From: Spirochaetia bacterium
Lineage (GTDB): Bacteria; Spirochaetota; Spirochaetia; SP-2023
Assembly (NCBI GenBank): GCA_965225855.1
Contig: CBDDCK010000001.1
Coordinates: forward strand, 160,001 to 224,000
Length of the DNA stretch: 64,000 nucleotides
Direction of reading: 5' to 3'
Below, in pieces: positions 29,630 to 39,470 of the stretch. The translations under genes were made by a program, and so were the position numbers. The notes below the pieces were generated by a model, which worked only from the letters and a program-made list of their open reading frames with translations, did no database searches and was not told the origin of the DNA. Every line of letters begins with the position of its first letter. The stretch's first letter is position 1.

Positions 29630-31033
29630 ATGGTCAAAAATTTTCAATTTCATATTTTGATAGCAGATGATGAGCCCAATATTTGTAAAGGGCTGTGTAG
29701 TGCGCTGGGTTCCGTTTCAGCAGACTATGTATTTTTTACCGCAGAAGACGGTGAAGAAGCATGGAAGTTCATGCAGTCAGAGCCCATTGACCTAGCGATT
29801 ATTGACCTGCGTATGCCTAAAATCAGTGGTGAAGATTTGCTAGAACGCATTAAACGCGATTATATGACGGTGCCAGTTATTATTTTAACAGGGCACGGCT
29901 CTATCGAAAATGCAGTCCATGCCATGCGAGCGGGAGCTTATGATTTCTTAACCAAGCCGGTGAATCTGGACCGCTTAGAACTTTTGGTTGCGCGTGCGCT
30001 AAGCTCACGCAATCTGAAACGCCAAAACCAAGAATTGGCTCAAGAAATTGAACGTTTGCGCACCCCAAAAAATGCCCATTTTACCAGTAAAAATCCAGCG
30101 ATGCAGCGCGTATACCAAATGGTGAAACAAGTAGCGGATTCCAAAGCTTCGGTATTGATTACAGGGGAAAGTGGTGTTGGTAAAGAACTGATCGCAGAGT
30201 CTTTACATCGTCTTTCCAACCGAAAAGAACAGGATTTAGTGAAAGTCCATTGTGCAGCTTTAAATGAAGCTTTGTTAGAAAGCGAATTGTTTGGCCATGA
30301 AAAAGGGGCTTTTACCGGCGCCAATCAAATCCGCAAGGGCCGTTTTGAGCTGGCCGATGGTGGCAGCATTTTTTTAGATGAAATTGGCGAAATTGACAGT
30401 GCAACACAAATCAAATTATTGCGGGTGTTGCAACAAAAAAGTTTTGAACGAGTGGGTGGCGAAAAAACGATAGAAGTCAATGTTCGAGTTATCACAGCAA
30501 CCAACCGCAACCTAAAAGAAGAAGTTGCTGAAAATCGCTTTCGTGAAGATTTATTTTACCGCTTGAATGTGGTCAATATCCATATCCCTCCTTTGCGTGA
30601 ACGCAAAGAAGATTTGCCTTTTCTCATTCCCTATTTTTTGGAACAATCAATTAAAGAAAATCGGCGAGTACATATAGAAGGTATAAGCCCGAAAGCTTTA
30701 AAACTTTTATATAATTACTACTGGCCAGGCAATATCCGCGAACTGCAAAATACATTGGAAAGTGCCGTTGTTCTGTGTAACAACCATTTGATTCAACCAG
30801 AAGATTTACCGCCCTATATACAACAGCAAAAAGATACAAATTCTATCCATATCGCAGTGGGTTCCAGTATGATACAAATTGAAGAAGCCGTTATTCGTGC
30901 AACAATTGCTTATGCTGGAGGCAATAAAACGCAAGCAGCCAAAATTTTGCAGATTGGGCGCAAAACTTTGCATCGTAAAATCCATGATCACAACATGGTA
31001 GATTTAATGAAAGCAGGAGATGATAGCAAATAA
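29630..31033 (+). CDS. Sigma-54-dependent response regulator (NtrC/Rrp2-like)
   Basis: Receiver domain (ILIADDE, DLRMP), GESGVGKE, GAFTGA, FREDLFYRL, Fis-type HTH; probable ATG at 29630. Confidence 0.93.
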   Translation: MVKNFQFHILIADDEPNICKGLCSALGSVSADYVFFTAEDGEEAWKFMQSEPIDLAIIDLRMPKISGEDLLERIKRDYMTVPVIILTGHGSIENAVHAMRAGAYDFLTKPVNLDRLELLVARALSSRNLKRQNQELAQEIERLRTPKNAHFTSKNPAMQRVYQMVKQVADSKASVLITGESGVGKELIAESLHRLSNRKEQDLVKVHCAALNEALLESELFGHEKGAFTGANQIRKGRFELADGGSIFLDEIGEIDSATQIKLLRVLQQKSFERVGGEKTIEVNVRVITATNRNLKEEVAENRFREDLFYRLNVVNIHIPPLRERKEDLPFLIPYFLEQSIKENRRVHIEGISPKALKLLYNYYWPGNIRELQNTLESAVVLCNNHLIQPEDLPPYIQQQKDTNSIHIAVGSSMIQIEEAVIRATIAYAGGNKTQAAKILQIGRKTLHRKIHDHNMVDLMKAGDDSK

Positions 31034-31155
31034 ATTTTAATGTAACGGCTTGTCCTTTTAATGATACTTTCATATAATTTTCATACTTTTAAATTTAAAA
31101 GTGAAATTTTCAGTTTATTTCCCTAGATATAGAGAAGGAAAGAGAGGAGGTTCTT

Positions 31156-31545
31156 ATGAGTAAGAATTTTTTAGTTTTATGTATTGGAGGTATGATACTA
31201 CTTTTATCGAGCTGTATTTCAAGCCAATTCAGTAACCTGCAATATGGAGTAGATACCAGCAGCTACACTGAAGTTGGAGAGCTCAACACACGAGTTTCCG
31301 TTTTAGAATTTATCGGTTATTCCGCTGGTGCGAACTTATTCAATCTTACTGCCCGAACATCTGATGAAAAAACGAAAGCTGCGATTCAAAATGAAATTGA
31401 AGCTGCCGGCGGTACAGCCGCACGTGATATAAAGCTGGTACACAAAGCTACTTTTGGAAATATTATTGTCAATTGGCTTACTATCGCTATATTAGCCCCT
31501 TCTGTAGTGGAAGTAACCGGTACGATTATTTCCGATAAAAAATAA
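31156..31545 (+). CDS. Hypothetical lipoprotein
   Basis: GAGGAGG RBS; lipobox LLSSC. Confidence 0.8.
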   Translation: MSKNFLVLCIGGMILLLSSCISSQFSNLQYGVDTSSYTEVGELNTRVSVLEFIGYSAGANLFNLTARTSDEKTKAAIQNEIEAAGGTAARDIKLVHKATFGNIIVNWLTIAILAPSVVEVTGTIISDKK

Positions 31546-31589
31546 TGAGTGATTGACAATTTACCAAATCTATAAATTTATTGTGATAC

Positions 31590-31625
31590 AATGGGTTTTC
31601 TGAAAATTTCAGAGAACCCATTTTT
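31590..31625 (+). terminator. Intrinsic terminator
   Basis: AATGGGTTTTCTGAA...TTCAGAGAACCCATT stem followed by a T run, downstream of the lipoprotein gene. Confidence 0.75.
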
Positions 31626-31642
31626 GTAAGTCGTATAAAAAT

Positions 31643-32185
31643 ATGAATAAAGTAGCTTGGTTTTGCATTTTATTTTTGCAATTTTCCATAGGCCAGCCTT
31701 TTTCGCTTTTTGTCCAAGAAAACTTTGAAGAAAGCTCTACTAAAACTTTTTATTTATCCAATGGAAAAGAATTAACCATTAAATTATCAAAAACAAAAAC
31801 AATCCTCGGAGAAGGCGAAAATACTGTAATTACTGCAGAACTTTCACAAAAATTGCGTTTCCGTATGAAACAAACTTTTTGGAGCAGGAAATTTTCAGGT
31901 TTTCATTTACTTGAAGATAACGGAAGCCCGTTTAATCTTTTCATTTATTTAAGCCAAAATTACGATGAAAAAACAGAATCATATAATTTTGCTACAACTA
32001 TGTTTAACTTTCGGGCAAAAGGCTTAGTGCTAAAATGCAAATTGGAAGCCTATATTGTAGAGAGCCAAAGTTGGGAAAAAATCGGTACTTTACGCTTAAA
32101 AGGCGATCGAAGCTCGGACCAATTCCAAATAAAAGCAGTCGTTGCCCGCATTCGTTTGAGCAATTTTCAGTTAAAGAAAATGTAA
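31643..32185 (+). CDS. Hypothetical exported protein
   Basis: 180-aa ORF with a signal-like N-terminus. Confidence 0.65.
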   Translation: MNKVAWFCILFLQFSIGQPFSLFVQENFEESSTKTFYLSNGKELTIKLSKTKTILGEGENTVITAELSQKLRFRMKQTFWSRKFSGFHLLEDNGSPFNLFIYLSQNYDEKTESYNFATTMFNFRAKGLVLKCKLEAYIVESQSWEKIGTLRLKGDRSSDQFQIKAVVARIRLSNFQLKKM

Positions 32186-32372
32186 ATAAAAATAAGAATT
32201 CTGTAATTTTTTACCTGTTTGTGTATCAAAAAGTGCAATTTTGTTTTTCCTTTTTTCGATAAAATCTTATGCTTTTTAGCTATCGCCAATCCTTTTTTTC
32301 ACAAGCTGAATATTAAAATTTTTGCCTTAGTTACAAACCCAAGTGAGCTTTCAATAAAAAGGAATATGAATA

Positions 32373-34895
32373 ATGTCAGATAAAATTCAGATAGACTCTG
32401 TTTACCCGATTCCGATTGAAGAAGAAGTACAGAAATCTTATCTGACTTATGCCATGTCGGTGATTGTATCACGGGCCTTGCCCGATGTGCGTGATGGGCT
32501 AAAACCAGTGCATCGCCGCATTCTGTATTCTATGAATGACATGGGCCTGCACCACAACCGTCAGCCACGCAAAGCTGTTCGCGTTGTGGGCGATGTTCTA
32601 GCCAAGTATCACCCACACGGCGACCAATCCGTTTACGATGCTTTGGTACGCATGGCCCAACATTTTTCCTTGCGTGAACCGATGATCGAAGGGCAAGGCA
32701 ATTTTGGCTCTATTGACGGCGACCCACCAGCGGCTATGCGTTATACCGAGGCCCGGTTGTCCGCCATTTCAGAAGCTATGCTGCGCGATCTCAAAAAAGA
32801 TACGGTTGATTTTCAGCCAAACTTTGACGATTCAGACAGTGAGCCAGTAGTACTTCCAGCAGCGATGCCATTTCTATTGGTCAATGGGGCTAGCGGTATC
32901 GCGGTAGGCATGGCAACCAATATGGCTCCCCATAATCTGCAAGAAATTTGCGCAGCAACTTGTGCTTTCATCGCGAATCCCGAACTTAGCGATAAAGAAT
33001 TGCTCTCCTACGTCCAAGGTCCAGACTTCCCAACCGGTGGTATTATCCATGGCTTGCGCGGGGCAAAGCAAGCCTATCTAACCGGTAAAGGCCAAATTAT
33101 CATACGCTCGCGCCACCAGCTAGAAATATTGCATGGAGAGAGAGAAGCCATTGTCATTACGGAAATTCCATATATGGTCAATAAAGCCAATATGGTTATG
33201 AAAATTGCCGAATTAGTCAAAGATAAACGGGTTGATGGTATTTCTGACTTACGTGATGAGTCTAACCGCAACGGTATCCGCATTGTGATCGAATTGAAAA
33301 AAGGCTTTTCGGCTGAAGTCCTGCTAAACCAATTATACAGCTTTAGCCCACTGCAAAGCTCATTCCACATTAACAACTTAGCACTCGATCACGGTAAGCC
33401 GAAATTATTCACATTGCGTGAAATGCTTCAAGCTTTCATTGCCCATCGCTTTGAAGTGCAAGAACGGCGCATTCGTTTTGACCTAGGCAAAGCCAAAGAT
33501 AAGGCCCATATCCTAGAAGGTTTGAAAATTGCTCAAGACAATATAGATGCGGTGATACAATTGATTCGCTCTTCAAGCACCGTTGATGTGGCACGCCAAG
33601 GACTTACGGAAAGTTTCAGCCTTTCCGAACGCCAAGCGGTAGCCATTTTGGAAATGCGTTTACAACGGCTGACCAACATGGAAATTCAAAAAATCATTGA
33701 CGAACTAAAGGAGCTGTATGAGCTAATTGCAAAACTAGAAGATTTATTAGCCCATTCCAAAAAAATCTATGCCTTGATCGGTGATGAAACCAATGAGCTA
33801 GGTCAAAAATATGGCTCTGCTAGGCGTACCGATATATCGCCTGTAGAAGTTGATGGCTCTATTTCTTTAGAAGATTTGATTCAAGAAGAAGAAATGATTG
33901 TGCTTATTTCGCACCAAGGCTTTGTCAAAAGGGTTCCGGCCCATGAATGCAAAGTACAAAGCCGCGGAGGCAAAGGCGTGCGAGTTTCCCAATTGCGCGA
34001 TGATGATTTCATCGAACATATTTTTACAGCCAATACTCATCATTATATTCTATTTGTCAGTACCGAAGGGAAGGCCTATTATCTCAAAGTCTATGAATTG
34101 CCTGAAGGTTCCAAAAATTCCAAAGGCAAACATGTGCGCAATCTGTTTCCTTTTGAAGAAAATGAAGAAATTACCGCCTATGTCGTTTTGCCGGAATTTA
34201 AGGAAGATACTTATTTATTTATGGCAACCCAGCAAGGCATGGTCAAGCGCGTTAGCACCTATGAGTTTCGCAATGCCAGAGTGCGCGGAATTAGAGCTAT
34301 TGAACTAAACGAAGATGATCACTTAGTAGGAGCAGAACTTACAGACGGCAATCTCGACTTACTACTTTTAACGCGTGATGGCAAAGGTTTACGTTTTAAC
34401 GAAAGTGAAGTCCGCGTTAGCGGCCGCTCAGCGCGTGGGGTTCGCGGCATTCGTTTAAAAGAAGATGACTGTTTAATTAGCGTTTGTTGCCAGCACGAAG
34501 AACATTCACAATTGCTGCTCATCAGTCAAAATGGTATTGGTAAGCGTTTAGCTTTTGACCAACTTAGCACCCATGCACGCGGAACTCAAGGCCAGCGCAG
34601 CTATAGCGTTACCGACAAAACCGGTTCCCTTGTCGATGTAAAAACTGTCCATGACGAGGACGCCGCTATTGTTACCACCGAACAAGGTAAAGCCATTCGC
34701 ATTGCCGTGAATAAAGTTTCTAGCTTGAGGCGAAACGCCTCTGGTGTGCGTTTACTGCGCGCCGGCGAAGGCGATAAAGTTGCAGGCCTAGCGATTATTG
34801 GGCCGCAGGAAGCAGAAAATAGACTAAATATGGAAACTTCCGAACCAGACAATGAGATTTTGGGAATTTTATATAATGGCGAAACAGGAGAATAA
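32373..34895 (+). CDS. gyrA: DNA gyrase subunit A
   Basis: RALPDVRDGLKPVHRR, YHPHGD, AAMRYTE (catalytic Tyr), GyrA-box QSRGGKG, C-terminal pinwheel repeats. Confidence 0.97.
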   Translation: MSDKIQIDSVYPIPIEEEVQKSYLTYAMSVIVSRALPDVRDGLKPVHRRILYSMNDMGLHHNRQPRKAVRVVGDVLAKYHPHGDQSVYDALVRMAQHFSLREPMIEGQGNFGSIDGDPPAAMRYTEARLSAISEAMLRDLKKDTVDFQPNFDDSDSEPVVLPAAMPFLLVNGASGIAVGMATNMAPHNLQEICAATCAFIANPELSDKELLSYVQGPDFPTGGIIHGLRGAKQAYLTGKGQIIIRSRHQLEILHGEREAIVITEIPYMVNKANMVMKIAELVKDKRVDGISDLRDESNRNGIRIVIELKKGFSAEVLLNQLYSFSPLQSSFHINNLALDHGKPKLFTLREMLQAFIAHRFEVQERRIRFDLGKAKDKAHILEGLKIAQDNIDAVIQLIRSSSTVDVARQGLTESFSLSERQAVAILEMRLQRLTNMEIQKIIDELKELYELIAKLEDLLAHSKKIYALIGDETNELGQKYGSARRTDISPVEVDGSISLEDLIQEEEMIVLISHQGFVKRVPAHECKVQSRGGKGVRVSQLRDDDFIEHIFTANTHHYILFVSTEGKAYYLKVYELPEGSKNSKGKHVRNLFPFEENEEITAYVVLPEFKEDTYLFMATQQGMVKRVSTYEFRNARVRGIRAIELNEDDHLVGAELTDGNLDLLLLTRDGKGLRFNESEVRVSGRSARGVRGIRLKEDDCLISVCCQHEEHSQLLLISQNGIGKRLAFDQLSTHARGTQGQRSYSVTDKTGSLVDVKTVHDEDAAIVTTEQGKAIRIAVNKVSSLRRNASGVRLLRAGEGDKVAGLAIIGPQEAENRLNMETSEPDNEILGILYNGETGE

Positions 34896-34901
34896 AATAC
34901 T

Positions 34902-36722
34902 GTGCTACAATTAGTAAGGCGTTTTTTTCAACTATACTTCAAAAGTTTGCATAAGCGATTTGCCTGTATAATCCTATTGGCCATTGTTGCCGGAATTTTT
35001 GAGACCTTTGGTTTAATATTAATTTATCCCGTTTTACGTATTTTGATTGAGCCGGAAATCGTGCTCAATAATATTCATCTGCACCGCATTTATAAATTTT
35101 TGCAGCTCAGTGAACCTAAATTCTTAGCAGCCATATTCGCTGGGCTTGCCGTACTTCTATTTATAATCAAAAATCTATACATGGTTTTATTTATGCGGCT
35201 TCAATTAAATTTGATCCGTGATTGTAAAGTCAAAATACGGACTCAATTAATAAATTATTATATGCAAATGCCTTATATATCATTTTTGCAGAAAAAATCG
35301 TCTGCCTTGATAGGTATTATTCAAAATTCTACTGTACTAGCAATACATAATGTTATATTTTCTTTTATGAATTTAATCGTCAATATGATCATTAGCGGCA
35401 TTATTGTTTTTACATTGACCATTCAATATTTTTTATATTTATTTTTTTTAACTATTTTTATCAGCTCATCGGTATATGTTTTATATAAATTGATGCGCCG
35501 TAAATTGCATGTGTTAAGTGAAAAAAATCGCAATGGCATTATCGAAGAATATAAAGTTTTGCAGCAAAGTTTGGTTTCCATAAAAGAAACAAAAGTCAAC
35601 AATGCAGAGCCGTTCTTTATTAAAAGTTTTATTAAAGCTAATCGTGATTTGGCCATAATTGAAAGTAAGATGCTCCTCTATCAACGTATTCCGTCGTTTA
35701 TATTAGAGATCATCATCATTATTTTTATTGTTATTATGAGTCTAGCAGTGGTCCTATCCCAAGAAAATTCGGGTGTTGGGATTGTATCATCGCTGGGGGT
35801 TTTAGCAGCTGCGTCATTCCGTTTAGCACCTTTGGCAAGCCGTATTATTGCTGCTCTGAATGCAATGAGCTCTAGTAAAGCAGATTTGGAAATTTTGATT
35901 AAAGAAGCGGAAATGCCAGATTTCTTTCGTACACAACAACTTGCTCCACCCCTAGTCGACCAGCTGCCAAAGCAACTGCCACTTTGCCGTGAACTAAAAC
36001 TGGACAATATTAGTTTTTGTTATCCTAATTCTCAAAACCAAGCTCTAAAAAATGTGCATTTAACCATAAAAAGTGGAGAATTAATAGGTATTGTAGGGGC
36101 TTCGGGTGCCGGAAAAAGTACTTTTGCCGATATTTTGCTTGGCCTGTTAGAGCCCCAAACAGGCCAAGTATGCATTGATTCCACACTTCTTGCCCCAGAA
36201 AATATGTGCAATTGGCGGGTCAATATAGGTTATGTCCCCCAAGCAATTGTTTTAATTGATACCACAATACGCGAAAGTGTCGCTTTTGGCATTGCCCCTG
36301 AAGAGATTGACGACCAACAAGTAGAGCAAGCCTTAAAAAAAGCTAGCTTTTGGGACTTTGTCCAAACACTACCGCAAGGTATTTATGCGCCTGTAGGTGA
36401 AAATGGCAAAAATCTTTCTGGTGGACAACGCCAGAGGATTGCTATAGCCCGGGCACTGTATCGCAATGTTCAAGTACTTATATTAGATGAAGCAACTTCG
36501 GCTTTAGACAATGCCACTGAATTTGAAATTGCTTCAGCGATAGAGTCTTTGCGCGGAAAATGCACTATTTTGGTTATCGCCCATCGGCTTTCCACTTTAA
36601 AGCGCAGCGACCGTATTTTATTTTTCCGCGATGGCGAATTAGTGGACAGCGGCAGTTTTGCCGAATTATCCAAACACGAAGATTTTAAGCAAATGCTGGA
36701 AGTGTCAAAAATAGAAATTTAA
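34902..36722 (+). CDS. ABC exporter, fused permease/ATPase (PglK/Wzk-like glycan flippase family)
   Basis: N-terminal TM domain, GASGAGKS, IGYVPQ, LSGGQRQR, ILDEATSALD. Confidence 0.85.
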   Translation: MLQLVRRFFQLYFKSLHKRFACIILLAIVAGIFETFGLILIYPVLRILIEPEIVLNNIHLHRIYKFLQLSEPKFLAAIFAGLAVLLFIIKNLYMVLFMRLQLNLIRDCKVKIRTQLINYYMQMPYISFLQKKSSALIGIIQNSTVLAIHNVIFSFMNLIVNMIISGIIVFTLTIQYFLYLFFLTIFISSSVYVLYKLMRRKLHVLSEKNRNGIIEEYKVLQQSLVSIKETKVNNAEPFFIKSFIKANRDLAIIESKMLLYQRIPSFILEIIIIIFIVIMSLAVVLSQENSGVGIVSSLGVLAAASFRLAPLASRIIAALNAMSSSKADLEILIKEAEMPDFFRTQQLAPPLVDQLPKQLPLCRELKLDNISFCYPNSQNQALKNVHLTIKSGELIGIVGASGAGKSTFADILLGLLEPQTGQVCIDSTLLAPENMCNWRVNIGYVPQAIVLIDTTIRESVAFGIAPEEIDDQQVEQALKKASFWDFVQTLPQGIYAPVGENGKNLSGGQRQRIAIARALYRNVQVLILDEATSALDNATEFEIASAIESLRGKCTILVIAHRLSTLKRSDRILFFRDGELVDSGSFAELSKHEDFKQMLEVSKIEI

Positions 36723-36769
36723 TTGACCAATAAACAATTTTAATAGCAAACTTTCATGGAAGGAAACTT

Positions 36770-37549
36770 ATGGATTATTTAGCTTTAGGAAAACAAATTT
36801 CCAACTGGTTACAGGATTACCTACAAAAGTCCAATTCGCGTTGTTTTGTGGTGGGGGTTTCTGGTGGGATTGATTCTGCTGTGGTTTCAACTTTAGCCGC
36901 CCAGACCAATAGTTTAACCTACATTTTGAATTTACCAATTCATTCTAAAAAAAACAATTCACAGCTTGCCGACAAACACTGCCGCAATTTGGCGCAACGT
37001 TTTCACAATGTGGGCCATTTGGAACAGGATTTTACGGCAGCTTATGATGCTTTTATGCAAATTGCCGAAACCCAAAATGTGCCGCATAATTTAGCCGCAG
37101 CTAACAGTAAATCACGGCTAAGAATGATGGCTCTCTACTATTTGGCCGGTAAAAACTCTGGAATTGTTGTCGGTACCGGCAATAAAGTGGAAGATTTTGG
37201 CGTAGGTTTTTTTACCAAATACGGCGATGGAGGAGTGGACGTCAGTCCAATTGCCGATTTGAATAAAAGCCAAGTCCGCAAACTAGGCAAGGCTTTAAAT
37301 GTTTTACAGGAAATTATTGATGCGCCGCCAACCGATGGTTTATGGGAAGATGACCGCAACGATGAACAACAAATTGGGGCCAGCTATGAAGAGCTTGAAT
37401 GGGCTATGCTTGCCGAAGAACAAGGAATTGCGCCAAACAATGAACGGGAGCAGGCCGTACTTCAGATTTACCGCAGTTTCCATTATAAGAATTTACACAA
37501 AATGCAAGAAATACCTGTATTTCATTTAAAATCTTTCTTCACAACTTGA
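36770..37549 (+). CDS. nadE: NH3-dependent NAD+ synthetase
   Basis: GVSGGIDS, NSKSRLRM, GTGNKVE, FFTKYGDGGVD, PPTDGLW. Confidence 0.95.
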   Translation: MDYLALGKQISNWLQDYLQKSNSRCFVVGVSGGIDSAVVSTLAAQTNSLTYILNLPIHSKKNNSQLADKHCRNLAQRFHNVGHLEQDFTAAYDAFMQIAETQNVPHNLAAANSKSRLRMMALYYLAGKNSGIVVGTGNKVEDFGVGFFTKYGDGGVDVSPIADLNKSQVRKLGKALNVLQEIIDAPPTDGLWEDDRNDEQQIGASYEELEWAMLAEEQGIAPNNEREQAVLQIYRSFHYKNLHKMQEIPVFHLKSFFTT

Positions 37550-39126
37550 TAATTTAAATCTGCATCTGTATCAAGCTTTTCTTCTTGAGAATTAGCCAAA
37601 AGATTTGCACTGCATTCTTCTATCTGCTTTTGCAGCTCATTCGGCTCATATACATAGATATTATATTTTTCACTATGCGGAAATATAGCTGATGAAACAT
37701 GATGAAAGGCATAGATATGAATAGTGATAACATATTTATCATTATCATTAAAATCCATAATATCTTTTAAATTGTACAGCAGATCATGGTTAGTAAATGA
37801 CTGATCTAACTCCAAATAAATATAGACATTGGGAGTAGATTTTTTCCATCTATTGTAGGCTGAATCCCAATAATTTTCAGAATTTTGTATCATAATTGCA
37901 CCTAGCGTATCAGGCTGTAAAATTAACGGCGCAGATTCATTCTCGGGAACTTTGGTTGAAATAATCTTTAATGACAATCCAGTAATCGTATAATTTCGAG
38001 CCATCTCTTTTGCCCTTAGCATGGACGTACAAATTTTGGTGCAAAGATCGACAAATTTCTCTGCTTTTAAATGCAGATAATCATGAAACATACCTTCTTT
38101 AAGAAAGCTTTTAAATAATAAATAGCACTGATTGGCTTCATTATAAAAACTACTTTCAGGGGGTATATTTTTCCAAGTATCGCAAGCTTTCTCTAAATTA
38201 TGTATTTGCCGATAAGATTCTGCCTGCAACATCTTCAATGCATGGCACAGGCTTTCACTACTTTCCTTGTCAAAAAGTTGCATATAGTCTTCTACACCGC
38301 TAATCACAATATCATGATTATTTAATTTGGCTGAAATTTTAATTAAGTGGGGCAAGCCTTGTCTGGCCCAATTGGGATCCTTAACAACCCTTTGCAATAA
38401 TGAAAGAGCTGTCATATCTTTTCCACTCGTCTGCATCAAGGTTAAAGCTAAATAGTAGCGCAATTCATTAGAGTCATAATTATTTAGATATGCTTTATTC
38501 ATGTAATCCAAGGCCTGTGAAAAAAGTTTCTTCTCATAATAAATGCGCCCCAATTTGGCCATACTGGGGTAATGCGTAGGAGAATTTTGTAAAACTTTCT
38601 CAAATAAAGAAAGTGCAGTATCGTATTGATTCATTTCCAAAGCTTGGGAAGCTGCACAAAATAAATATTCAAAATTATTGGGGCGTTTTTTAAACAACAA
38701 CAAATATTCATAATAAGATTTTTCGTTATATCCAATCGCAGCGTAAATTCTGGCCAAATATTCAATGAGCTCTATTTCTGTAAGAAAATGGCTTTCTCCT
38801 GTTTGCCGTATCAATTGTAAGCCACAGTGTAAAGCATTATGAAATCCATCCATAAGAAAATATGCTTTCATTCGCAAGGCTAAAATATCAGCGAGTTCAC
38901 TTCCATGGTCCGATTTACGCGAAGCTAACTGATCAATAACGAACTTAGCATGATCGGTTTTACCCAGTTCTAATAACTGATCCATATCATCTAAATCATT
39001 GCGTTCGCGCTCTAACTTATGATGAGAACGACCAATATTTTTAGCCTGTAAGTAGTAAAATAAATATATAAAGAAAATAGCTATAAAAGCTAAAATTAAT
39101 AAAAAAATAGTCAGTAGCTGAAACAT
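37522..39126 (-). CDS. Membrane-anchored TPR protein
   Basis: N-terminal TM plus TPR repeats; same overall architecture as the 24029 gene. Confidence 0.75.
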   Translation of the reverse strand: MFQLLTIFLLILAFIAIFFIYLFYYLQAKNIGRSHHKLERERNDLDDMDQLLELGKTDHAKFVIDQLASRKSDHGSELADILALRMKAYFLMDGFHNALHCGLQLIRQTGESHFLTEIELIEYLARIYAAIGYNEKSYYEYLLLFKKRPNNFEYLFCAASQALEMNQYDTALSLFEKVLQNSPTHYPSMAKLGRIYYEKKLFSQALDYMNKAYLNNYDSNELRYYLALTLMQTSGKDMTALSLLQRVVKDPNWARQGLPHLIKISAKLNNHDIVISGVEDYMQLFDKESSESLCHALKMLQAESYRQIHNLEKACDTWKNIPPESSFYNEANQCYLLFKSFLKEGMFHDYLHLKAEKFVDLCTKICTSMLRAKEMARNYTITGLSLKIISTKVPENESAPLILQPDTLGAIMIQNSENYWDSAYNRWKKSTPNVYIYLELDQSFTNHDLLYNLKDIMDFNDNDKYVITIHIYAFHHVSSAIFPHSEKYNIYVYEPNELQKQIEECSANLLANSQEEKLDTDADLNYQVVKKDFK

Positions 39127-39470
39127 TTCAAATAGATACTACAAAGCATGGGCATTCTGGTAAAGCTCAAGAACTAATTATTTCACTTACACTAAAAAAC
39201 GCAAATTTTATGCAACGATAAAAGTATAGGTTTACGCTATATTTTATTGAAATTTCTGTGCTAAATCTCTAATCTTTTCTTTGTCTTGCTCAGAGTTTCA
39301 CACTAGATAAACGGTATAGCCAAGGAATTTAATTCATAATAATTCACAATTGCAAACCTACTTTAGCAATGGCTCAAATTATATTTTCATTCCAATAATG
39401 GACGATTTATCATTCATTTTGATTTCAATGTCCTTTCAATAATTATTGACTATTTTCAATAGGGGATATC

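Noticed and set aside
32373..34895. parC rather than gyrA
   Set aside because: The GyrA-box QSRGGKG and a full C-terminal domain are present.
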